60,052 nucleotides of DNA. Origin: a virus (Duplodnaviria; Caudoviricetes). The notes beneath the pieces are model-generated. The model was not told the origin of the DNA and ran no database searches. It was given only the letters and a program-made list of their open reading frames with translations. The translations under genes and the position numbers were made by a program. Positions 48,659 to 57,500 of the stretch are shown here, in pieces. Positions within the stretch are counted from its first letter, which is position 1; each line of letters opens with the position of its first letter. The stretch spans positions 1-60,052 of IMG/VR virus record IMGVR_UViG_3300032136_000006. One strand, 5' to 3'.

Positions 48659-48764
48659 TGTTGGGTTTTCCTTTACACATAGTAATCTGTAAATAGACCT
48701 TAACAAATGTTTAGACGCTGTGCCAGCTTGTTCTCATCCTCGGACCTTGTAAATGCGTTTTACC

Positions 48765-49625
48765 CTACCCGCGACAATCCTTGTAATACCCGCAAAAGCG
48801 TTCGGTACAAACCCAACCTGTAGGGTCGCATCTCGGAAAAACGCCCTTTTTAATGAGGGACGCTACTTCTTCTATGTCCTCGATTAGATACTTCTTTTCC
48901 GTTCGTGTTCTCCGTCCGCGTAGGGGACGATATACGGTACCCCGCTTCTGTTCAAGCAGAATATCAACGCGCACTCGATCGGTATTTTCTACGATGGAGT
49001 AGATGGTAAGCTGGTGGTCAAAATCAACGCGCTGCTGGGACCAAGACTTAGCTGTCGTTTTCAGGTCGGACACAATTTCTATCTCCGGAGGCGGAAGGTC
49101 AGGGTCATCGTCTAACGAGTATTCTCCTGGAACTCTATCGATCAAGTCTATGACACCCCGCATAGGAACCGTACCGATCTTTATTGCGAACGGTTTCTCA
49201 GCTGCTACGGGTTTGATAAGAGGTACCGCGTCGCGGTGATATACCCTAAAGCTTTTAATTGCTGCGTCTTTTGCAGCACCCTTTTCCTCTTTTGTCGCGT
49301 CCTCTACCTGCTCTCCTTGCCGATCAAAAGTATCTGCTACCGCTTGGGTAGCCTCTTCAACACCTAACGGAGTTCCATGCTCAATTGTGTGTCGGTGTAC
49401 GACCTCAGCGCCGTGATGAATACATGTCCCTTTTACCATCGAAATCGCAGGGGCCTTCCGTATTCCCAGAACATATGCGTATTCGAACTGTCGGGGACAG
49501 TTTTTGTACCTCCCAAAGCCTGAAGGAGATAGCACTCCTTTGGGGAGGTCTTGGTCGAAAAAGTCTTTTTCAGGGTACGGAAACACGATGCCTTCTCGTT
49601 CTGTGGGTTTATTTTCCTCTGTCAT
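48765..49625 (-). CDS. Second PD-(D/E)XK Cas4/RecB-like nuclease
   Basis: LSPS...CP, GTCIH, MRGVIDLID...DLKT, QLTIY and C-terminal C..RFCGYY.DC. Confidence 0.85.
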   Translation of the reverse strand: MTEENKPTEREGIVFPYPEKDFFDQDLPKGVLSPSGFGRYKNCPRQFEYAYVLGIRKAPAISMVKGTCIHHGAEVVHRHTIEHGTPLGVEEATQAVADTFDRQGEQVEDATKEEKGAAKDAAIKSFRVYHRDAVPLIKPVAAEKPFAIKIGTVPMRGVIDLIDRVPGEYSLDDDPDLPPPEIEIVSDLKTTAKSWSQQRVDFDHQLTIYSIVENTDRVRVDILLEQKRGTVYRPLRGRRTRTEKKYLIEDIEEVASLIKKGVFPRCDPTGWVCTERFCGYYKDCRG

Positions 49626-49999
49626 CTACTATATCCCCTTAAAACTGCAGATATTTCATCTTGTGTGACTGGTGGTGGCTCTTCTGTTTCCATCGGACCT
49701 AGTGGGCGCGTCATCGGAGTAGAATCTTCCCCACCTTTAGGTGTTATTTGGGGCCCTCCGTACGCGGCATTCTTCCGTAATAAATCCTCAATGGTTAGGG
49801 GTTCTTCGTCCTCTTTTTCTTCGTATCGTTCCGTTTCGCTTAAGTCTCCGGAAGTTTTGCGGCTGCCAGTCAAACATACGTTACGTATGCTGACCTCAAA
49901 CGGCTCTGCATTAATCGACACGTCAGTGTCTTCCACATCATACCCTAAGGATTTACTAATGATGTGTATTAATTCGGTTCTTTCTAGGGTGATTTTCAT
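49622..49999 (-). CDS. Hypothetical protein
   Basis: 125 aa with AGGAG RBS, coupled to the downstream gene. Confidence 0.6.
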   Translation of the reverse strand: MKITLERTELIHIISKSLGYDVEDTDVSINAEPFEVSIRNVCLTGSRKTSGDLSETERYEEKEDEEPLTIEDLLRKNAAYGGPQITPKGGEDSTPMTRPLGPMETEEPPPVTQDEISAVLRGYSR

Positions 50000-50008
50000 T
50001 TTTAGCTC

Positions 50009-52024
50009 CTATAACGTGCGAGCACGCGCAATCTTTTTAGTAACTCCAGTAGATAAAACACAGTTTGTGGACCACGGCGCTATGTTATTTTCAGTGCAAT
50101 ACACGTATTTGTTGCACAGCGCGCAGTCTACATGGTCTGTTAGCAACTTAGAAACATTATCTTTACGCTGTAAAGCGCTTAATTGCTGCACTTCCAATGA
50201 CCCGCTAGCGCAAAGGTCGTACACCATCGTTTTTTTAACCTGGCCTATACGAAAGTTACGGAATAAGGATTGTTGACGGTTTTCAAGAGACCAATCACGA
50301 CTGTAGTATATCGTATGTCTAGCCGCGTTAAGCGTAATGGCGATTCCAGTACTTATTTGAGCTAAGTACACGCGACATTGCGGGTCAGTGTTAAACTTTT
50401 TTTCCATTTCTTTGATACGATGTGTCGTTTTCCCGTCTACCCGAACGTGTCCCCAAGAGTCTTTGTTTAGCATTTCTTCTAAACTATCTAACTCCTGCTC
50501 TAGGCATGCCCATATGATTACCTTTGAACTGCTCGCTAAGTCTTTAAGCATTTCTCTGATTGTTTCCAGCTTTGGATTCTGACTATAGCGCAGAGCGCTA
50601 CGAGCTTTAAATCCGGCAGCCGCTGCGTTCGTACAGCGCGGAGTACCCGGTTGTATTGATTCAGAAACACAGGTTATCATACGCGGACAAGTGTCACAGA
50701 CATCTGTTGTTTCAGGAACATACAAAAATCCGCTGCACAATTGCAATAATTTGCCAATCTTAACTGCCCCGTTTGCTAGTTCTAGCATTGTACCGTCGGG
50801 CTTTTTTATCTTATTAGTTTCGACAATATCGTTATAGTCCTTTCGTTGAGCGGGACTCAATGTAAAATACACTGTTTCAAATTTTCGTTCCGGAAGGTCC
50901 ACACACTCAGTTAGTTTTCGAACGCTAGAAACGCGGTCTACCCGTGCGTTTAGTACGTGCAAATTTTGATACCCTGTTACGATCTTGTCGTTGTACTTGG
51001 AGTATACCAGGTATTTTGTACAAAAAGATTTCCAATTCTCCGGTACTAAATACTTCGCCAAAAACGTAAGCTGCGGGAATAAATCTCTAGGGTCACCTTG
51101 GGCTAAAGTCCCGGATAACGCGTAACGTCGAGTTGCTTTTTGTGCTAGCTGCAAACAAATTTTAGTTGTGCTACTTTGGATTCGCTTAATGCGGTGAGAC
51201 TCATCTGCGACAATAGTGTCGTAGGGTAATTCGAATAGCCACTGACGCTTTCCGCGTGTTAACTCTTCCACTTCATCGCGTAACTCCTTTAATTTCCGAC
51301 CTTGAAACCATTCTGTTGCGAGTCGAGCCTGTACATCTGTATCGTTTACAGTGCGTAAAATATTTTTCAGAGTCGTGTTTGGAGGGATACGGTATCTCTG
51401 AAAAACCTTTAGGGTCTTCGGCAGCAGCTGCGGGGTTCCGTACACACGAGCAGTTTCAAACGTAGTAATGATGACATTCTGTTCATCGTATTCCTGCAAT
51501 AGTTTAAGTTTTTTTGTTCTGGTAGCTCCTTTAATAACGGTGGAAGTTAGTGCACCATCGGAATGTTGTTCGATTTCTTTGGCCCAGTTATCCGCAGCAA
51601 TCAGGGGGCAGAGGATTAGCGCAGTAGACTTCAGATAGTTGAGCGCATCGATAACGACTTTACTCTTTCCTGTCCCCATCTCCCAGTTTAGAATCCATCG
51701 ATAGTTGTACAAAAGCTGTGCTAAACCTTCCGATTGATGCTTATAGCTCTTTGTAGGTAAGTTCAGTCCATCTACCATCTTCATCCAAAAGTCCAAATCA
51801 CCCAGTTCTTTGACCCATTGTGTGGCTTCAGTACTTAGAGGAACGTCTGCGTGGACATTCGATAAATCCTGTAGTACGTTATCGATAAACGGAGGGAACG
51901 CTGGAAAAAGCCACCGTGCAAACTGTTTATCATACGTTGCACCGTAAACTCGGCTCCAATGAGGGTCACTCCCCAAAACAGAAAAAACTGGGGTGTTGCG
52001 TATTCTAGTTAATTCGATCTCCAT
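50009..52024 (-). CDS. SNF2-family helicase/ATPase
   Basis: EMGTGKS, DESH, LSGT, GIAITL and QS..RNFRIGQ motifs; likely start ATG 52024. Confidence 0.9.
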   Translation of the reverse strand: MEIELTRIRNTPVFSVLGSDPHWSRVYGATYDKQFARWLFPAFPPFIDNVLQDLSNVHADVPLSTEATQWVKELGDLDFWMKMVDGLNLPTKSYKHQSEGLAQLLYNYRWILNWEMGTGKSKVVIDALNYLKSTALILCPLIAADNWAKEIEQHSDGALTSTVIKGATRTKKLKLLQEYDEQNVIITTFETARVYGTPQLLPKTLKVFQRYRIPPNTTLKNILRTVNDTDVQARLATEWFQGRKLKELRDEVEELTRGKRQWLFELPYDTIVADESHRIKRIQSSTTKICLQLAQKATRRYALSGTLAQGDPRDLFPQLTFLAKYLVPENWKSFCTKYLVYSKYNDKIVTGYQNLHVLNARVDRVSSVRKLTECVDLPERKFETVYFTLSPAQRKDYNDIVETNKIKKPDGTMLELANGAVKIGKLLQLCSGFLYVPETTDVCDTCPRMITCVSESIQPGTPRCTNAAAAGFKARSALRYSQNPKLETIREMLKDLASSSKVIIWACLEQELDSLEEMLNKDSWGHVRVDGKTTHRIKEMEKKFNTDPQCRVYLAQISTGIAITLNAARHTIYYSRDWSLENRQQSLFRNFRIGQVKKTMVYDLCASGSLEVQQLSALQRKDNVSKLLTDHVDCALCNKYVYCTENNIAPWSTNCVLSTGVTKKIARARTL

Positions 52025-52081
52025 ATTAGAGCCTTTCTGGAGTATCATGGTTGCGATGATACATGATTCAAGGAGCAAAGA

Positions 52082-53821
52082 ATGAGCGCTTTTGGAATGT
52101 CAAACCCCACCTCCCTCGCTGGAAATAGAACGGTGGGGATTGGTGCAAACCCTTACGAAAATCTCAGTCAGTCCCTCACTCCGCGGAAACTGAAAGATTT
52201 GTTCAAATGGTGTGAATTTCTCTTTTACAAGAGTCCGCATATTTACGCTGCTCTTCGCAAGTTTGGTGAGTACCCTATCACGGATATCACGTACGATACG
52301 ACTAACGAGTCCCTAAAAACAAGGCATAAGTTCCTACTCGAAAAAGTTTTACATGCTCGTGAGATGCTAATAAACGCAACGCTCGACAAGTATGTTTATG
52401 GAAATGCCTTTATCTCTATGTACCAACCGTTCATCCGTTATTTGAAATGCCCTAAGTGCTCGGCGCAAACTAACATTGAGTACACTAGTTACAAGTTTAA
52501 CGTTCAGAAATTGTCTTTTACATACCGGTGTGATTCCTGCAAATCCTCGGTAACCGCTACGGAAAAGAATATCGTAGATAAAAAAGTGATGTTCGGACGT
52601 AAAGTCAACTTTATCAGGTGGGACCCAAAGTTGATGGACATCGAGCACAACGAAATAACTAATTCTTCTATCTACTATTACACCATTCCGCAATCGATTA
52701 TTTACAGGGTAAACGCAGGACAGAAATCCCTAATAGATACGCTTCCTATCGGGTTTTTACGGGCAGTAAAGTCCAATAAGAAATTTAAATTTGCACCAGG
52801 AGCAATTTACCACCTAAAAGTTGGTGGACCAGCAGGCCTTACGCCTCAGTGGGGATTGCCTCCCCTCCTTTCTGTGATGGACATGTTCCATTACACTGCG
52901 ATTCTCCGTAAAGCTAACGAAGCAATTGCAGCGGATCACCTCGTACCTTTCCGTGTGATTCATCCCGCAGCTGCGTCTGGAAATGCAGACCCGACGATCA
53001 GCATGTCGTTAAGTAAGTGGCAGGATAGCTTGCAGTATCATATGAAGCAGTGGCGAATGGATAACCTCCACATTATGTACTCTCCTGTACCTATGGGAAT
53101 GACACAAGTGGGAGGACAAGGCCGCGCACTTTTAACACTAGGAGAAGTTCAAGAAGCTGAGAAAAATATCGTGGCGGCGCTAGGCATTCCACTTGAATTT
53201 TTATACGGAGGACTCACTGGGTCAGGAATGGAAGCCACCCTCCGGCTGATAGAGAACCAACTTGAATCACACATCAATGACCTCTTGGGATTTCTCCAGT
53301 GGCTAGACGATAAGTGTGCGGACTTCCTCGGGTGGGATAAAATAACCGTAGGGATGGTTAAGTTCCGCATGGTAGACGACCAAAACGCCAAACAAGTTGT
53401 ATTCCAACTCTGGATGCAGGGACAACAAGGAGGCCAACGGGTTATATCTGACCGTACGATAGCGGATATGTACGACATCGATTTAGCGACAGAAGAGCGG
53501 AATATCAAACAAGAAACCCTGGACCGCATTAGAACAGAACAAGAAATGCAGCACCTAGTAGATGCGCTGCAAAACAGTATGGCGGAACAAGCAAGAGCGG
53601 AAGCGCAAGCAGGCAGGTCAGGCCCCCAGGGATACAACCAACAGCAGGTAGTCGCACAGGCTGACCAAGTGGTAGAACAACTTATGGGAGTAGATGAAGG
53701 AACTCGAAAAAGTATGTTACATCAGCTACAGATGGAAGATCTGGTAATGTACGCAGTAGTGATCCAACGGCTTGAGCAGCAACAAACGAACGCTAAACAG
53801 CAGGCAACTGCGGGGATGTAG
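52082..53821 (+). CDS. Putative portal protein
   Basis: 579 aa; DKYVYGNAF, WGLPPL and IVAALGIPLEFL.G portal-like motifs; Zn-ribbon insert; Gln-rich helical tail. Confidence 0.6.
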   Translation: MSAFGMSNPTSLAGNRTVGIGANPYENLSQSLTPRKLKDLFKWCEFLFYKSPHIYAALRKFGEYPITDITYDTTNESLKTRHKFLLEKVLHAREMLINATLDKYVYGNAFISMYQPFIRYLKCPKCSAQTNIEYTSYKFNVQKLSFTYRCDSCKSSVTATEKNIVDKKVMFGRKVNFIRWDPKLMDIEHNEITNSSIYYYTIPQSIIYRVNAGQKSLIDTLPIGFLRAVKSNKKFKFAPGAIYHLKVGGPAGLTPQWGLPPLLSVMDMFHYTAILRKANEAIAADHLVPFRVIHPAAASGNADPTISMSLSKWQDSLQYHMKQWRMDNLHIMYSPVPMGMTQVGGQGRALLTLGEVQEAEKNIVAALGIPLEFLYGGLTGSGMEATLRLIENQLESHINDLLGFLQWLDDKCADFLGWDKITVGMVKFRMVDDQNAKQVVFQLWMQGQQGGQRVISDRTIADMYDIDLATEERNIKQETLDRIRTEQEMQHLVDALQNSMAEQARAEAQAGRSGPQGYNQQQVVAQADQVVEQLMGVDEGTRKSMLHQLQMEDLVMYAVVIQRLEQQQTNAKQQATAGM

Positions 53822-53823
53822 AG

Positions 53824-54351
53824 ATGGTAGCTGAAAACACCTTTGATTTTAAACAGTTAGTAATTAACGCACAAACTCCCCCGGTTGTAAACGCAGCAGG
53901 GCAAGGGACGGCTGTAGAGCTTCCTCCGCTATTTGAAGAGCCTCCAAAAACTCCACCGATCATCTCTTCGGAGCTAAAAGAAGATAAAGTTTCAATTGAA
54001 GTAGCGATGCGGCAGAACACGGAGGTATTCACCCTATGGAAACCTTGGGAAGAGTGCCGACGGTGCCTAGCGGCAATGGACGCCAATACGACGTTGCTTC
54101 CGGACGAGCAAGATTACACGTGTCCCCATGTTCAAACGGAGGAATATAAACGTGTAATTAACCTGTGTCTCCGGGGGGACGGGGTACTGACCACAAAAGA
54201 GATGTTCAACCTCCCTAACGGAAACCGTTGTGTGCACGTCGAGTGGCTCGTTGCGGACGAAGAGTCGATGCGAAGATTAAAAAAACAGATGGAAGCAAAA
54301 AAAGCAAACGCGGTTTACCCTCCAGATGTAGCGGGTGCCTTCAAAAAATAA
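53824..54351 (+). CDS. Hypothetical protein
   Basis: 175 aa between the portal-like and RNAP genes; CxxC...CPH. Confidence 0.6.
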   Translation: MVAENTFDFKQLVINAQTPPVVNAAGQGTAVELPPLFEEPPKTPPIISSELKEDKVSIEVAMRQNTEVFTLWKPWEECRRCLAAMDANTTLLPDEQDYTCPHVQTEEYKRVINLCLRGDGVLTTKEMFNLPNGNRCVHVEWLVADEESMRRLKKQMEAKKANAVYPPDVAGAFKK

Positions 54352-54383
54352 ACCTCTCATCGCTTTTCACGACAAGAGGTTTA
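54343..54383 (-). terminator. Hairpin terminator with T-tract on the - strand (possibly bidirectional)
   Basis: TAAACCTCT...AGAGGTTTA inverted repeat preceded by A6 on the + strand. Confidence 0.55.
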
Positions 54384-54521
54384 ACCCTTAGAACAAGCCT
54401 AGATTTCTAATTACCACGTGAGCCTCCTTTGTGGTTGTCTGTGTCTACTTACTTGTACCAACATCCCTTTACGTTTTAGACACCGATGTCGTATACTTGT
54501 CGTGACTAACCGGAGGATATA

Positions 54522-57500
54522 ATGACGTCAACGCTCACACCTTTGTTGATCGATGCAGAAACTAAACGAGGGCACATTCGCCAAAAAGTTATTGAAGGTT
54601 TGCAGGAATCTTTTCCGATGAAGTCCCGCAGCAAAACGTTAGAGGTCGCAGATCTTCGCGTAGACGAAAAAGACTATTCTTCGAACGACCAAAAGATGGC
54701 GATCTTAAAAGGAGATACGCTATCTGAGAGCATAAAGGGCACCGTCCGCATGCGAGATAAGGATGGGAACGTAATCGATGAGGTTAAGAACTTCACTGTA
54801 GCACGGATTCCATGGTTTACACCAAGGCACACAATGGTGGTTGGAGGTAACGAGTATTCTGTTTCCAATCAAGTGCGCCCAAAACCGGGGGTGTACACCC
54901 GTAAAAGAGCTAACGGAATATTAGAAGCAAACTTCAATACCAAGGGCGGGAGCAATTTCAACATTACGTTAGACCCTGTAAAAGGGGAGCCCCAACTTGA
55001 GTACCAATCCTCCAAGATACCACTTTACCCCATTTTGCGTGAATCGGGAATAAGCCACGACCAGATTGCAAAACGTTGGGGGTCTAAGCTGGCCGATAGT
55101 AATGCCAAAGCATTGATGCCCAAACGCGATAAGACTATCGATGCGCTGTACAAAAAAGTTGTTCCGGAATACCACAGGGTATCTGGAGCAGATGCGAAAA
55201 CTAAAATCAAGGAAATATTCAATAGGTATACTAACGCACAGATGGACCCCGAGGTTAACCTTAAGACGCTTGGTAAACCTTACTCGCGGATTACACCCGA
55301 CACGCTGCTAGACGCTTCCAACAAAGTATTGAACGTATACAAAAATCCCGGAGAAATCGATGATCGGGATAACCTTGACTTTAAGGCCCTGCATTCTATT
55401 GATGATTTTTTTAAGGAAGTAGTCTCGCTAGATGCCCGTGACGTAGCTAGAAAAGCTGCGATTAAGATGGAAGCGACTCCCAGCTTGCGAAAAGCACTTC
55501 CCTCCGGACCCTTTACAAGTGGGATTTTACGCTTCATCAATAATTCTCAACTGGTAACCGTACCCACTCAAACCAACCCGATGGAGTTGATAGACTCGTC
55601 GGTCCGGGTTACCGCTATGGGGGAGGGTGGGATACAATCGGACCGTGCCATTCCCATGGAAGCTAGACAGATACATGCTACACAGATGGGAGCATTAGAT
55701 CCTTTTAGAACTCCTGAGTCTTTTCGCGCAGGGGTAGATGTTCGAGCCGCGATGGAAGTTCGTAAAGACGACAAAGGCAACATCTACGTGCCTCTTCGCG
55801 ATATTAAATCCGGAAAAAATGTGCATGTGCGTGCTGGAGAACTGCAAGACCAAGTTGTTGCGTTTCCCAACCAAAAGATGACGGGAATGGTCGATGGACT
55901 TTCCAACGGTCAAATTCAAAAAGTGCCTGCGTCTCGTGTAAAATATCAAGTCTCGCACCCGTCTTTGATGTACGGACCAACAACAAATCTCGTGCCGTTC
56001 TTAGAGAGTTTACAAGGGAATAGAGCGGTAATGGGTTCGAAGATGCAAACTCAGGCGCTCTCTCTTGTGGAGCGTGAGGCACCTTTAGTTCAGGTTATGA
56101 GTCCTTCAGGTGACTCGTATGAAAAACATATGGCAAGTTTGATTAACCCAACGACGCCTGTTGCTGGAACTGTAGCTAAGGTTGATGACAACTATATTTA
56201 CGTTAAACCGAACAACGTAAAAACAGGTGCCGTCGGCGATGGCTTGGTTAAAGTGCCGTATGAAACAAACTTTCCTCTCGCAGCCAAGACTTACTTGAAT
56301 CATACCCTAAAGGTTAAACCCGGAGATGTCGTTTCGCAGGGACAGCAAGTTGGCGAGTCGAACTTCAGTCAAGATGGAACCTTGGCGTTAGGTAAGAACT
56401 TAAGTGTTGCGTACATGCCTTATAGGGGTGCGAACTCCAATGATGCGGTTGTAATTAGCTCCAGTGCCGCTAAGAAATTGACGTCTGAAAGGATGTACAC
56501 AGTTGTAGTACCTCGCGATAAAGATATGACATTGGGGAAAGACAAACATCAGGCGTACTACGGGCAGGGGTACACCAAGAAACAGTACGAAAAGTTAGAT
56601 AAAGACGGGGTGATTAAACCGGGAACAAAGATTGAACCCGGAGACCCGACCTTTTTGGGTTTACGGAAAACAACGATGACTGCAGATGACGTGCTTCTTG
56701 GGAGACTTCACAAGTCTCTTGCGCGTCCTTTTCGTGAACAAGCTCAAGACTGGGACCACGAACACGAAGGTGAAGTTATTGATGTTGTAAAGACCCCAAA
56801 AAGGATTGCGTATACGATTAAAACCCAAGAGCCGATGGGAATCGGAGACAAGCTCTGTTACACAGCTGACACCGAAGTCCTGACCACTTCTGGTTGGGTT
56901 CCCGTAGCAGACGTCAACCACGGAACAGTGTGCTACACCTTAAACTCTGAAGGAATTATTGAGCTCCACACTCCTATAGCCTTGAACTACTACGAAGAAG
57001 CAGGGGAACTGTACGAGCTTGAGTCTCCCCACGTGAATTTAAGCGTTACGCCGAATCACAATCTGTACGTAAAAGTACGAAACGACCGAAGCTTCAAGCT
57101 AAAAGAAGCTTCAAAAGTAATTGGAAAATGCGTTAGGCACAAAAAAGACGGGCAGTGGAAAGGTGTCACTCCCAAAACAGTTACGTTTAAAGGCTTAGAC
57201 CTACGTCCTTCCAAACAGAAAACAAAAGAAATAGATACGATTCCAACATTAGCTTGGTGTCGTTTTGTAGGCTCATACCTTGCTAGTGGAGGGTATAAAA
57301 CGGGAGATAAACCCGGCAGTAGCGCAACGGAGTACCAAGCACAGCTGCATATCTTTGAAGGACAACCGCACGGAGTAGGGGGAGACCCGCGCTTACGAAT
57401 GAAAGAAATAATTGAAGCTTGTGGGTTTACGTGGAAAGTCGATAAAGACAAGTATAGCATTACATCCAAACCACTTGTGGAGTATCTATCGCAGTTTGGA

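Noticed and set aside
49551-50276. 241-aa + strand ORF
   Set aside because: Antisense to three well-supported - strand genes; no motifs.
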